A DNA stretch of 64,000 nucleotides, taken from positions 21,824,001-21,888,000 of the forward strand of contig JAQFVV010000005.1 in NCBI GenBank assembly GCA_028023455.1, in the 5' to 3' direction. Both the position numbers and the translations under genes were made by a program. The DNA comes from Epiperipatus broadwayi. Taxonomy: Eukaryota; Animalia; Onychophora. Positions 1 through 14,779 of this stretch are shown here, piece by piece (the stretch's first letter is position 1; each line of letters starts with the position of its first letter). The notes below the pieces were generated by a model, which saw only the letters and a program-made list of their open reading frames with translations, had not been told where the DNA came from and ran no database searches.

Positions 1-312
1 ATAAGTAAGAAGAGATCGAAAATGAAATACATGGGTGAGAGCACAAATAGGTGTTACCGAAATCATTGAAAGAATTAAGAGACTGAAGTGGAGTTGGGCT
101 GAACATATTGTTAGAAGAGAATAGACAGTTGAAATTTTACACTGGATTCCAAGAGATTGTAAAAGACCTAGAAAGAGACCACATGTGAGATGGATAGATG
201 AAATAAGGATGTGAGTTGGGGTGATATGGAGAAAAGAAGTTTGAGATTGAGAAGATAGATTAAACTTGAAGAAACCTTCATCCTACAATGAATCGATGAT
301 GATTGATGACGA
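1..312 (+). mobile_element. RTE-clade LINE 3' end fragment
   Basis: Homologous to the 3' part of 4251-5036 and 51345-52736 (LKWSWA.HIVRR region, GAT-repeat tail). Confidence 0.85.
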
Positions 313-3300
313 TATCCATTAAAAAATATATGTAATAACTTTACAATAATGGTAAATATTAAGTAGTAATCATATATAAATTAAACAGAAGTACTTTTAA
401 TTATGAAAGTATTGCTTAATTTATATATTATTACTATTTATTGTTTATCATTATTATAATTTAAAACTTACATAAAGTACAATTATGTTTAAATTTCTAA
501 AAAAATATGCTCACTATCTTATATCATTGCCAGTCTATTCAAAGGTAGCATTAGTTGCAATTTACTTCATGATTCTTAGGGAGGTTTTCTGAACATGACT
601 GCCCATGCTTTTATTTAGGAAAACTGATTTTTTTAGTGCATTTTATGTGAATAGAAGCATTTATTTAATTTTATTTTTGTTCAAGAAAATATTTTTAATA
701 AATCTGTCTGAATAACTTAAATTTAAATAATCTGTATAAAATTTCTATTTTAACCCAGTATTAAATGAATAATTCTATCTTTTATTTCTATGACAAAAAT
801 TATATAGAGCTGCCTTTTGAATACTGCAAACTGATAACTAATAAAAACTTTTTATTTTTGAAAAACCTAATAAAATCTAAGTTAATACTATCCGAAATAT
901 ATTTCATGGAGAGGCTATAACTATTAAATTTGATCAACAACTCTTTCAACTTCTCATTATTATAAATGATCACATGATCTAACAATTTTAAAAAGTAATA
1001 ATCCACATCAATAACCTTTTTTAAAAAAAAAAAAAGTTATATAAGCATTTACAACAAATCAAAAGAAAAATAATTATCCAAAAGCATTTTTATAATTTTT
1101 AATGTGTTTATTGCTGATATACATTTCAATACCCAATTATCTTGACGCTTGAAATTATTAATTCTATCAAATGCCTCAAATTGTGAAACGAAGTATATTT
1201 ATCAAAACTAATATTAATAAGAAATTAATAAGAAAATATCAAATTTTATCAAACATTCTCATTAAAATCAAAAATAAATTTAAAGATCTTATCTGGCTTA
1301 TAAATCTTAACATTATTTAGCTATAACTAAATCTCTAGAATAAGAACTCAAATTATCTATTTAAAATATTATGCTTTTTAAAATTCCTGATTATACAAAT
1401 TTTTATTTTTATATACAAACCACAGGATTTTTATCTGAATAAATATTTATTTTTATTCATTTTTTATCTTAAAATTTAATCCTTTTACAATCACACATCT
1501 CCTTTATTTTTTTTTTAATAAGATAAATATCATTAGTTTCATTTATCTACTTCAATAGAATTTAATCTAGAACATTCTTTTTAATCCTCCATTCCAATTA
1601 GCCAACTATCTTTTAAACCACTGTTTTATAATGAAAAGCACATCCTTAGAATCTTTATAAAAATATACAGTTTTCTTTCATTAAAATTAGCATTGGAATG
1701 ATTAACAATATTATTATTAATGAAATATTAACCTTTCTCCTCCTATCCCAATTAATAGACTTCATATAATATTTAATATAACCAATAGGTTTATATTTTC
1801 TTCATATTTAAACAATAACTATTCTAATTTTTTAATACAATGAACCTAAATGAAATCTACATCTAATTGACATTTTAATAAAGGAATTTTAAGTATTTTA
1901 CCTAAAATAAATTTCTTAAACTGATCTTATGTTAGTTGCATTTGTAGACTACATATTGATGGAGCCACTATATACACAATAAAATAAATAAGAATAAGCT
2001 ACTTAGTAAGTTTTTTTTAAAAAAAAACAACAACAGCAACTTGAAAACATATGTTGAAAACATGAAGATAATATAATTTACTTAAAAACCAAATCTGAAA
2101 CGTATCTCTAGTGAACAATCAAAGGTTAAAAACAAATATTTTTAGTCAGTGTGATCAATGCAAACATTCAATGAGAAATTTTAATAACAATCATTGCAAA
2201 TGGCTTAAATGAATGTAAAGCATGAAAATAATACATGGTTATGAAAATATTTTACTTAGAAAAAAAACTGAAAATAATAGCTTTAGCAAACAAAGATTGA
2301 TGAACAAATATTGTTAATAAGTGTAATGAATGGAAATATTACATTAGAAATTAAATTAGCAATGATGATAATTACTAATTTAATTTCTTTCAGAATATTT
2401 ATGTTGGTGTGTTGATGACCCGTTGATGTGTTGATGATCCTTAGCGGAAAATATTTTTCAATCTTTATTGTTCACTAAAGATTGTTTTCTAAATAAATTA
2501 CATTGTTTTCAAACAATTGTATTATTTTTGTGTTTTTTTAATACAATGAAACTTTTTGATTATCTTATTCCTTTTTACTTCGATAGTGAAGATGGGTAAT
2601 TGCTGTTCAGTACCAAATCTCTTTATAATGTTTTTTTTTTCAGTTATATGCCAAGCAATACTTAGAAAAGATATTCAAACTTTAAAATATAAATTTATTT
2701 TTTCTATCATTCACTTTTATTAATTTCATTTTCTTCAAATTTTACAATATATATCAAAAAATTAATTTTTAATCTTTTAGAGATTTTTTTTTTTTTTAAT
2801 AAGCAATTTCCTCACATCTAGTATCCATATATACTCACAAACATTTACTGTCATGTAAACTCAATTATTTATTTTTCCTACATTTTTAGATGTAAAATAT
2901 ATGTGCATATAAAATAAATTATGCTAAAATGAGATGTTATTGCTGCTAGAATCGCTGTTAATTATAATGTCTCTTTTCTAGTATATTTTCTTTTAAAAAA
3001 AAATGAATGGTTAGTTGCTAGAAAGTTCATAAAAAATTCAAACTCCAGAAAGTGATAGTTAATACTATGATATATGGGCATTGAATTCCCAATTCAGCAT
3101 CTAGTATTGATTGAAATATATATACTGTATTACTTCGAATATAAGACACTTTTTTTCCCCAAATTTTGGATTCATAAAAGAGAGGTGCATCATAAATTGG
3201 GTCTAAAAATTTTTAACATCTTCTGTGGATCTTTGCTTTATGCTATACATGCACATAGTATTACGATCATTGACTTGTGTAGAATAGTGTGTTAAATCTT

Positions 3301-3429
3301 TTTTAATCAAAAGAAAAAAGATTTTATGTTGAATATCAATAGTTTTTGGATTAATTTCCTAAATGGCTTTAACTCTTTCAAACCGCTACTTTTAATGTAA
3401 TTTTGCTGATTTTATTGTTATTTTTTTTA

Positions 3430-3808
3430 GAAAACCGTACTGAATAACCTTTAGAATTGTTTTGCAATTAATAAATCACTACAACAATGAGATAAGAACC
3501 TGCCTTCACTCTGATTGGTTGATTTTTACACAAGAGAGCACCTGTCAACGATTTTGACAGTTCCATTATTTTTCTTTTGATTTTCAAAGTGAAAATGTTG
3601 TTTTAGAATCTTTTAATATTATTTTGCTTATTCTATCTTTATTTTAAAGAGAAAACTGTATTGAATAACTTTTAGAATTTTTTTAAACTAATAAATCAAT
3701 ATAACAATGAGTTAACCTGCCTTCAATCTGTTTCTTCTCTACACAAGAAAGTGCCTGTCAACAATTTTGATAGTTCCAATATCCCTTTTGATTTTCAAAG
3801 TGAAACTG
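3430..3808 (+). repeat. Diverged tandem duplication, ~220-bp period
   Basis: agaaaaccgtactgaataacc...gattttcaaagtgaaa is repeated as gaaaactgtattgaataact...gattttcaaagtgaaa. Confidence 0.8.
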
Positions 3809-4250
3809 TAGATTAAGTGTAAAAATAGTATAAAATTAATTTCATTTAACTTTTATACACTACAAATAAATTTAAAAAGCATAAATAATTTTTCCTTAGT
3901 GAAAACGATAAACTTCCCATAAAGAAAATTCTTATGCATATAAAAACTATAATCTTTCTTAAATATCTACCAAACAAACAATTAAATTAAACTTGATAAC
4001 TTTACAAATTGTAACAAAAATAAGGTTAATATTAATCATAGCAGGAAAACTCCCGAAATATTATACACATGCTATTTCAAACAGTAGTATTCTTCATAAT
4101 TGTATCTTCTGCATTAATTGTAGAATCTTGATTTTTCTTACAAAAAAATATACATTATAGCATTTATTCATTATACCATTATTTGTTGTAGTATATATCT
4201 CACTATATATGTAACGACTTAAATAATCTCCAGTCATTACATATAGAGTG

Positions 4251-5036
4251 AGATTATTTAAGTCATTTAGATTTTGCAGATGATGTAGTTGTTTTTGCAA
4301 ATAATGCTTTAGAGCTACAGGAAATGTTGCAGGAGTTATCAGATGAAAGTAGGACTAAAGATAAATGTTAAAAAGACTAAAGTAATGTTTAATAAATTTT
4401 CTCAAAATATGAAAATAAAGATTGATTATGATGAGTTAGAAGAAGTTAACAGTTACAAATACCTTGGTCAGATTATTAATATAGATGGAAATATAATGGA
4501 TGAAATTAATCATAGAATTAAACTTGGTTAGAGTGCTTTTGGTAGAAATAACTTGATACTAAAAGGAAATATGCCTATGTGTTTGAAAAGGAAGGTTTTT
4601 AATAAATGTGTTTTGCCAGTTCTCACTTATGGATCTGAGACTTGGACACTTAATAGAAGAGCAATACAGAGACTTCAGACCACTCAAAGAAGTATGGAGA
4701 GATGCATGTTGGGAGTAACAAGAAGGGATCAAAAATGCAATGTATGGGTAAGAGAAAAAACAGGTGTTACTGACCTCATTGAAAAAATTAAAAGACTGAA
4801 GTGGAGTTGGGCTGGACATATTGTTAGAAGAGATGATAACAGATGGACAATTGAAATTTTAAACTGGATTCCAAGAGATTTAAAAGACCCAGAAAGAGAT
4901 CGCATGTGAGATGGATGGATGAAATAAGAAAGTGTGCAGGGGTGATGTGGAGAAGAGAAGCTAATGATAGGAAAAGGTGGATTGAACTTGGAGAGACCTT
5001 CATCCTGCAGTGGATTGATAATGGTTGATGATGATG
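4251..5036 (+). mobile_element. 5'-truncated RTE-clade LINE (RT C-terminus), degenerate
   Basis: FADDVV, KVGLKINVKKTKVM, CVLPVLTYGSETW and LKWSWAGHIVRRDDNRWT are typical of RTE ORF2; stops and frameshifts; gatgatgatg tail. Confidence 0.92.
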
Positions 5037-7639
5037 TGTAACGGAAAAAAATCATCCTTTATTTTTAAAAATCATATATTATAGTAGATACATTGGATAT
5101 AAAAATTAAATAAATTGATTCAGAATATAACAGGAGTAATTGAAGCAAAAAAAGTTATTTTACATATTTTTTGACATTTGAGCTATATGTAAGAATGGAC
5201 TTAAGAAATTTGATCACAATGTTGAATATTTCACATACATATAATAAAATAGTGATCACAATGTGAAGCAACATAGATGAGTTGTGACTCTTGTTTATAG
5301 TTATGATTTATATAGTAGAGGTGGTTATTATAATATTATTATTTATTTTGTAAAGCATGTTAATCATTTTTGTTTTGTACTGTATAAGTTGACTAGGAAT
5401 AATTTATCTTACTGTTATTTATTTGTGGTTTTTCCACAAATCAGGTTACAAGTTAAATCTTTTGGTTTTGTTTTTTCATCCTATCCCTAGCATATGCTGT
5501 CTCATAATAGCCTATATGATATTGTTGTAAATTAATATATTGATTTATTTATATTTGAGATGGCTGAATGAAATGAGAAAATGTATTAGATTGATTTGGA
5601 GAAGCTATGGACCGAACTTTGGACTAAACTTTGACAGATATTTAACTGATAATGATTGAATAGTTTAGATAAGTATATGTCATTTTTTTGCAAGCTATAT
5701 ATACTGTATGTATGAATATACCCAATCATGGCTTGAATGAAATGGAATATTTATAGCAATGTTAAAGCGCCTCCTATTGAGCAAAAATTTCTGCTTTGAG
5801 TAGAAGTTAAAACTATGCCAGCTGTAATTCAAGAATAGAGCCTAATGACTTTCAATCTTTTTAAATAATTTGTCTCATTTTTAAGATTGTCTGTTGCCTT
5901 TATTTTTTTAAGTATTTCTTTTTTTTAAAATACTTTAATATTTCTGACATCATTTATCTTTGGTATATGATCGTTCTCCTGATTGATTTAACAATTGCAA
6001 TTTTGAGGATTATAAGGCAGTATTTTATTGCTTGCTTTTTACATCCCTATGGAATGATCATCAAAGATATTGTGATCATTCTTTATGTTTCTGAGCCTTG
6101 TTAGTCTCATCTACTGGTCTCTCATTTATTAATATTCATGCCTCAGCCCATTGCTATGATTTTGAGTTCATTTTTCGTAGGTAACAGATTATGGTTCTGA
6201 CATAGCTCCAGTTTGAAGTAGACATTCCTGACCTAATGTTATAGCATAGCAGATCCATTTCAGAGCAAGTTTTTTATTTTATTAATATGAGAACATTACC
6301 TTTTCTCTGTACCAATTTTACTTCACCTGATTTATTTATGAAATAAATATATTCTCTCTAATCTAGTCAAACAGTCATAATTCACTGTATTTGGTGAACA
6401 GAGATTAATATATATATATATATTGTCTACATTTTTCTCAATTGTGAATTCTTTTGCTTTAGAGCTACCAACTCCAACAGCAGGTTAGTGATCTGTCTTT
6501 TGAAAGCATTGTCAGAAAGACGAACAAAAAAAATAAAATCTATACAATATTTTTGTGTCTTTTGATGTTAGGACTTGTCTTTGTGATAAATGCTTATTAA
6601 TTCGCAGAAATCTGATTTGTAAATTTTTTAAAAATAAAAAACACATCTAACAGAAAGGATGGACTGTTGTTTTATGGGTAAAGACATTTATTTATATTTA
6701 TTGTATATATATGAAAAAAAAACTAAATGAAAAATCTATACTGCCATCTGCTGGTTTTAATGCTGGTTTTAAATGCCTTAGGGGTAGCAATAATTTTTTT
6801 TTTTTTAAACAAAAGTTTTTTTGGAAAAGATCATATTCTATATACAAATACACACACACAAAAAAAAAAAAATACACAAATATCAATATACACTACATCT
6901 AATGTTAATCTAGACGTTAAAATTGTTTCATAATTTTTTTTAAAAAGTGCCTTTTTTATATATATTTTAACACTTCTCTGACCCCATCCAAATTAATAAA
7001 CTATTGTAAGCCACCTTTTTCATTCAATAGATTAGTAGTAGCAATTGGGCTGATTTTTCTATTTTGCCTCTTTGTGAAAAATTGCTAGGAGAATAAATTG
7101 TTCTTTTTCTACATTTTTCTTTAGTATAATCCAGAACTGGTTAAAAAAAAAAAAAAAACTTTAGTATTGTAAATATAGATTGACCAGCCTTCACAGCTTT
7201 TCACTTGTTAAAAAAGAAAAAAATTATAATTTTGGATTCTTTTTTTTTTTCTGGAATGGTGTGAAGGTAACTAACTTCTTTCTTTATTATTTCTCACTTA
7301 GTTCTGCCAGGGTGACCATAGTTTCTAACAATATTTAAAATAATTGTAAGCATTTTTTTTTACCTAATAGTGAATAAAAACATCTGGCCACACCGAACAT
7401 TTGAAATAAATTCTTTAGAATTCGTATTTAAATAGCATTCCTAATACGAAGTTAATTATAGTTAGTTATTGATTGCAATTCGAAGTGTTTTTTTTTGTGT
7501 GTGTTTTTTTAACGTTTCTCAATTAATTTTTTAATAATATATTGATGTTTTTTAATCCATGTATATTATTTGTAAAAAAGAAAAACGAATTACCCCTCCT
7601 CATCCAAATGTTTGGAATAGTTACTAAGTAAAGCTGGAG

Positions 7640-7835
7640 AAAGACAATATGAAGTGAATGTTTTAAATCTGATCCCTAGAGATTGTAAAAGACGTAGAGA
7701 AGAGATCATGTGAGATAGATGAATGAAATAAGGAAGTTTGCTAATGTATTGTAGAGAAGAATAGCTAGGAATTGGAGTAAGTGGATTAAACTAGGAGAGA
7801 GTGAATTGATAATGGTTTGAAATGATAATGATGAT
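7640..7835 (+). mobile_element. RTE LINE extreme 3' end, old copy
   Basis: gatccctagagattgtaaaagac...ggattaaactaggagaga...gataatgatg matches the other RTE tails. Confidence 0.7.
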
Positions 7836-9970
7836 TAGCAAGCTAATGCTACACATTAAGTAATGAAATAATAATAAAATATTGTTTCATTAAAGATTTT
7901 AAATCTCCTTAAGAGATTGAGGAATGATAAAATATGTATTTTGTGGAATGTTTTGCTTGTCCACATGCCTGCTATGACTTCAAGCTTGAATATGAGTGGA
8001 GCTTGGAATTTGTTTCAGACAGCTTAGGATTTTCAAATAAACTTACGATTTTTTTACCTGTTAATCCATTACCCAACCCATTACTAATGCAATTTGTCAT
8101 CAACAATGACCACTCATAAACAAAATCCGACCATTCTAACTTTAGAAAAAAAGGGCAAAAGTAGAATAATAAAGAATATAGAAAACAAAAAGAAAATATT
8201 GAAGTTAGAATTGCTATGCAAATTAATTAAAGGATGGAAATATGATTATATAAACACACAATCGCATTGTGTTATATTTAAGAAGATGAATAATGGCTTA
8301 ACTGAATCTTTTTTTTTAATATGCATTATATTAATCTAAAAAATTACAGGCAATAAAGATAAAAGAAAATAGATAATAAGAAAAAGATTTTTAGTATTCC
8401 TACAATCATTCATTATTTAATGTATTTATTTGTTATGTTTTTTTGTTAAGCCTTGCCAAAATCAGTAGTTGTAATACAGTTACTTATGTTTATAATGTAC
8501 GATATATTTATTAAATTTCACCTATTAAATGTTAGAAGAAATCTGATATGAAGTATTTACTTCTATAGTATATATTATTTGTTTCTAATATTATGAACAA
8601 ACATAAATCAGTTAGAGCTTATAAGATAAAAAAAAAGGCAATATATGCAATAATTATAGTTATCAAATCCAATATATATATATTGAAATGGTCAGACTTA
8701 GCATAGTTCATTTATTTTACATTTTGTCTACATACATAAATTACATGGGCACCACCTGACTTTAAGCATCAGGAAATAACTTGTATATTTAAAACAATAT
8801 TTTATTCAATATAATAATGTAACCATTAAATAGTTCCATTTGTTATGCTGGGCTGGAGAACATATTCCCGATGAATGACAGTAAACCACACAATCTTATA
8901 TAAACAAGGTAACAAATCGTGTGATATTAATGTACATATTAATTGATGTATAATTTATTTTCTTTAATAAATCAACAAATCACGTAACAGTAATTTATTT
9001 ACAAAGTATAATCATTAGTTGATATACAATTTATTTCTTTACAAAATCGTTTAATCTTTATATATCATAGTATCAATATATTCATAAATAATATAACACA
9101 TTTACCATACCTTTAACTCTGACTTTGATAAACTTAAACATAACTCTAAAACATATATGAATTCATAAATATAACATTTCTTTGACTCGCATGTCTCCTA
9201 CTTGCACATACATATGTTCTATGTGGGATAGACATCGACGCTATTTTTATCACAACCCTAAGGAATGGTCTTGTTTAGATCCTAATCCTAAGCACAACCA
9301 CTTATATAATAATAACTATATAAGAATGTACTTTTAGTCCTAACCCTGAGTAAACCTATATAATAATTATAAGAAGTGGCCTTTTGGTTCGAAACACTTA
9401 ATTCAATACAACTTCAATATGCAGGAATGACTCATTCTGAGATTGTTCCCTAACTCATTAAATTGATAGGAATAGATGCGAACATATGTAAACTATTAAA
9501 TATTTAACAAACATCTGTACATATATAAATCCATCTACATAAAATCCAATTTTCAGCAATCAAATAAATTAAGTATGAATGAATGAGACTAATATAAACA
9601 ATTACATCGTTAACCACAATTATTTGAGAATTAGGCAATTTATATGTGTGCATTGCACTTAACATAATTATCATTATTTTGTTTATCCTTTCCTCTCATT
9701 AATAACTTATATACAATTCATAAGCTTAGCATACATATGTGATATATAATAATTATTTTTTTTTAAAAAAATAATGATTTTAACAAGTAAGGTGAAGTTA
9801 TAACAAATTCATTTTTTAAAAAAAAACTAACGGTTTCTTTCAAAATAATACCAGGACAATAAGCATTACTTACAAATCCAAATTATTTAAAAGAAAGTAA
9901 AAATCAAATAGTCAAAATAAGAGTCATAGATCACATGACCCTATCTCTTAAGCTTGTAAGTTATAAACAG

Positions 9971-10111
9971 TGAGGATTGCCAATTCCTCAACAAGCTTTA
10001 TGATAAATGCTTAGCCAGAGTCAGCACTTAAAATATCTCTGTCAGGAACCCCCCCCCTTGGCTCTGGCTAAGCATTTATCATAAAGCTTGTTGAGGAATT
10101 GGCAATCCTCA
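9971..10111. repeat. Perfect 50-bp inverted repeat with 41-bp spacer (MITE-like hairpin)
   Basis: 9971-10020 is the exact reverse complement of 10062-10111. Confidence 0.9.
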
Positions 10112-11199
10112 AAGTAAAAATCACTCTTTAAATATAAGACTCACTCGAAACAAAATAATTGTCATTAACTTTTTTCTGACAAATATTAAAAGTCTATTTA
10201 GAGTGATAATATAGTCTTGTAATTTCTAGCTGCCATTTAAATAAGCGCTAATTCTCCATTTCAGCCAGTTATTCAAAATGTCATTCAAAAGTGTTACAGA
10301 GTAGATCTAGCTAAACTATTAGTAGGATCCTTCCTTTTTATTCACAAGGCATAATGAAAATCCTGGGATTTGAATGAAGTAATATTCTCTTCTAATCAAG
10401 AGAAAAGAAAAACTGATTTTATAAAAAGAACAGTTCTGTTTTTGCCTATTTCTTTCACTTCCTTTTTTTTTTTTTTTTAAACCATATTTGCATATCATTT
10501 TGCTTAGATAAAATATATATATATTTTTAATTGAAATGAATAATAGATTGTATTTCATACAAAATGTAAAAGTAACTAATGTTCAAAAAATATTTAATAT
10601 AACAAATTAAAGTTGGCAATGCAGTGTAAAAATTATTTTTGAGAATTTATAATTGATACCAAAAGTAGCAAGAGATCAAAATAAGGAAGGATACTAAAAA
10701 TTCTCATTAAACAATAATTAGTTGTCTAATCTGGTGAATATATCCTTTGTGGAAAGTCTTGAAATAAATTATGTAAAGCTATTTTATATAACTATATGTA
10801 TATGAGAGAGAGCTTGCATGTATTTGTATATGTTACATATGTGCTCACTTTGTGTATATAAACATTCTTCATGTCACATAGGATATATTTTTCATAATTT
10901 AACAGTAAAATAGTTTTGAAAACAGGCTTTATAGCACAATATTGGGAGACAAAAGTAAAAATATATATACAGACAGTTTTCCACTATTCATGTAAATTTT
11001 GACATATTTAAAAACAAAAAAAAATTAACTAACATTATGCTGTATCTGAATAATATACTAAATATTTAATAAATAGATAAACACGCTTTGAAAATTATAA
11101 ATAAACAAATCTGGATATATCATCTTTAATTGTCGTTGTGCACTAAACATTGCTGCATGTATATATTTTTGGTAAAACCATCATTAGCTGCCTTGGAGC

Positions 11200-13800
11200 A
11201 AAGCCAATTATTACGCAAATGTAACTCGCGTAATATCTGCAAATTGACTGCCTCTAATATTAAAGTAATATAGTAAATATTTTTTAACTAAAAACGTATT
11301 TTTATAATTGCAGTGTCTATCTGATATGTATTGAAACTGTAAGATTTGTATTCAAATCTTAGTTTCACCTTAGTTCTGTCATTCTACCTCTCGCCCCTTT
11401 TAGTATGGGTTTACATGGATTCTGACCTTGAATATTGGATTAGTGCGTAATAATATACAATATCTGTAAAGTGTTTAAATAAATAATTAAATGTTATATA
11501 TGCGCACATACTCCGATAGTTTTATTAAAAAAATAACGCATTGCAAGGTATTATTAAATTGCCGTGCGTAAGTTGTATAAAGTTAAATGATCTTATTAAT
11601 TATTCTGAGAGGTTTAAATAATATTTTAAATTATATAAAAAATCAATAATTATATTTTAAAACGTAAACATATTATTATTTAGGTCAGGTCCAGGTAATA
11701 CTTAAATTATAAAAATAATTCTCAATTAAAATAAAGATGCTTTTAAAATTCCCCTGCTAATTAAAGGCAAGTCATAGTGGGAGGGGGGAAAATATGACAG
11801 AGCTAAAAAGATATTTTAAAACGTACAGAAACAAAGAAAAAGCTTTGTTAAAAATAACTTTTATAAATTACGTCATGTAAAAGGTAAAATGTAAAAGTGA
11901 TCAGATTGAAATTCCAACCTGTATGACTGTTGCATCCGTGATCTAAAGGGATGTATGGCACAGATCCGAGAGACAGCTGCATGGATGATGTATTGCTTGA
12001 TGGATCCCAGAGATAAGGAAAAATAGAATAAAAAGACAACTGATTGTTCAAATAGGAGAGGAAAATGAAAAAGTAAAATGAAAGGCTAGAACCAGAAACG
12101 TTAATTCTAATTATGCTGTTTATTATATTTCTTGCGATCCAAATTTTATATCTAGCAATGTGCCATGAGTAGACGCCTTGCTTGCTCCTCCGGATTGATG
12201 GCTATACAATATTAAAATTCCCACGAAAATGTGATAAACCTAGAATTCTGCTACTTCTGTCGAATAAATCTCCTAAATGTAACTGCCGTTAAACCTGGAA
12301 ACTCGGACTCTCCAAACAGTGTGCACACTTAAATGAACTAAAGGTAACATGATACCCAAGATTAAAAATTCGTTTTGGAACTCTAATTGAACTCTATATT
12401 TCTAAATATTAATTTCATTTTAATTTCTACTATTGTAATCCCAAAATTAAATCTATTTTCTGTAATAATACTATTTTAAAATGAACCTCGTAAATTAATC
12501 TATCTTTATTCTACTTGGGTATCCAATTTTACTGTATTCGTTAAGATTATATTTCATGCCCACATGGTTTCCGAGCTGATGTTTTTTTTTTATATAATTC
12601 GCGGACGGGCTACCCTCTTCTGCAAATTTAATATCATAACAGTAAATCATATCGGTTAATAGATTTCAGCTCGGGAATCATATAATGTTTTAATATGTTT
12701 TATAAATACGAGATCTATATTATTTGTTAATGAGCTATTATTCATGCTAGGTTAGTTAAATCTTAAATAAAGCCATAATCTCTAGTAAGAAGAAAGAGGG
12801 GGGGTTAATGACAGTAAATTAAATGCTAGTCGTGCGGAGATTGGGGATAGATTTGTATAAATAAATGCGTTTGCATTAGAGTTATGAACTGCGCTAGTTA
12901 TTGATACATGAATTTTTATATCGCAGAAATGTAAAAGAGGTACTGTAAGCATTTGTTCTCGCACTTAAGGGCTCCGACCCGATGTTTGGCCGACCCTCTT
13001 CATATTCCACTAGTAATTACCTTGTCATGCGGTCGGGGATGGAAAGGCTAAGACCCCATACCGATACCGCGCTAATGACAGACTTACAGGGCTCCGATCC
13101 GACGTTTGATCGTCCCACCAGCCTCTAACATTTCTTCTGCGATTATCCCTTTTGAAAGCCGATTCTCTTATAGCTCGGCAGTATCCATGCTACCGCAGGT
13201 CACTTTAATAATAATTATAAAGTTTATGCTGGGTCTCACTCCATTCCTCCACATCTATTAATCTTTATTAAAATATTAGAATAAATATTAATATTAAAAA
13301 GTAAATAGGATGATAGCTTCGTGAACGAATGCACTTCTCTTTAAGATCTCGTAACGTGTCTCGTAACATTCACCATTTGAAACGTGAAGCATGGAGTGTA
13401 ATTTATATTGATATCCAGGTAGCGTGATATATTTATCTATGTAAATTAATCGCGATTAAATATTTAAATTATCTATATCCATGTCTGAGTCTGCTTAATT
13501 TAATTAATAATTAGTATCATTCATATCAATGAATAGTAGAGTATAGTAGTAGTCCGTAAGGTGAAACCATTAGTTAGAGTCTCTTGTTTACCTGACTACC
13601 GGGCCTAGAAAATAATGCTATTGTTAGGGTAGATGCGTTGTCATGTGGGTTTTGTTGTGAATAAAACTGCTAGATTCGAATACGGTATCACAGGCCCTGA
13701 ACCCACCTGTTATGCCGCCATTCGAACATGATGGTGGAATTTTGCAACATGTTAACAAGGCATACGAAATCATACCATTACAGTATGGAAATTGTAAAAC
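11200..13800. promoter_or_regulatory. CpG-retaining region, candidate promoter or regulatory zone
   Basis: Visibly more CpG than the flanks, outside any recognisable TE; YY1-like GCCGCCATT at 13714-13722. Confidence 0.35.
12920..13200 (-). ncRNA. Unidentified GC-rich structured element with two covarying hairpin repeats
   Basis: Long closing helix, two ~34-nt direct repeats forming the same hairpin, central 58-nt hairpin; no family recognised. Confidence 0.4.
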
Positions 13801-14779
13801 ATTCTAAATACTGTATATCATACGATTTAGAGAGAGAAAATGCATTTTATTAGCAGCAAACTAATTTAATGTCTTTATTTAAAACTTGTAATAATAATTT
13901 AATGTAAAAAAAAAGATAATATAAACTGTATAAAAGTATTTCAATCTAATATTATGGTTGTTCGAGGAATATATGCTTCAATATATCGCAGTAGTAGACC
14001 ATGTTTAGATTTTTTGCCAATATATGTGCAATACAGTGATGAATTTATTAACTTTTTTAGTGATAGTTTTGGAAATTTGTTAATAAAGTATCAACATCTA
14101 ACTTTTCAAAGAAAATAATTTATTTTTAAATGTCTATATTTTGATTTTAGAAATTGCTAGTAAACAATAATTATTCAAATATGCAATAGATAGTGTTAGA
14201 GTAGTAGAGTGTCTGCTTTTGTTTATATAATATGTTCCTCTAAAATCAAGTCATTTATAATAAACTGTTGATATTTTCAAATATATATTATTTCTTTTTT
14301 CCTTAATGGAGTGATGCACTAATACCATTTTTATTTATCATAACATATAAACATTATCTTCAAATTAAAAGATATCTTGTTAACATTTTTATATTTTTAC
14401 AAAATTAAACTGAGTCTTTCTTTTTTTTTTTCATATAATAAAAATCATTAAATCCATAGCTGTTGCCTTTTTTTAATTATAAAATATTATTAGTATGTAG
14501 CAGGTTTATCCAAGACATCAACCATTCGACCACAAGGTCTCTGGAAATTAACTGCATTAATTTCTTTTTGTTGTTGTTGTTGTAAAATTTTCATCTAATT
14601 CATTTTATTATAATTCTAAAACAAAATATTTTTTTTTCTTGAAATTTTTTTAAAATTCAGGACCAGCTTTAGAAAATAACTATTTATAAGTAATTTAAAA
14701 TTGTAATTTACTAAATATTTTATAAAGTGACATGGACAAATTATAATACTAGAGAGAGCTGATGTAATTTAAACTTATT

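Noticed and set aside
2385-2450. Acceptor-like tttctttcag followed by short GC-richer frames (possible last exon of an upstream gene)
   Set aside because: No recognisable protein and no upstream partner exon.
10740-10748. ATATCCTTT U12-type donor
   Set aside because: No associated exon; expected by chance in AT-rich DNA of this length.
12745-12760. CTAACCTA (TTAGG telomerase template-like) on the minus strand near the structured element
   Set aside because: An 8-mer is common by chance and lies 3' of the structured region, with no pseudoknot seen.
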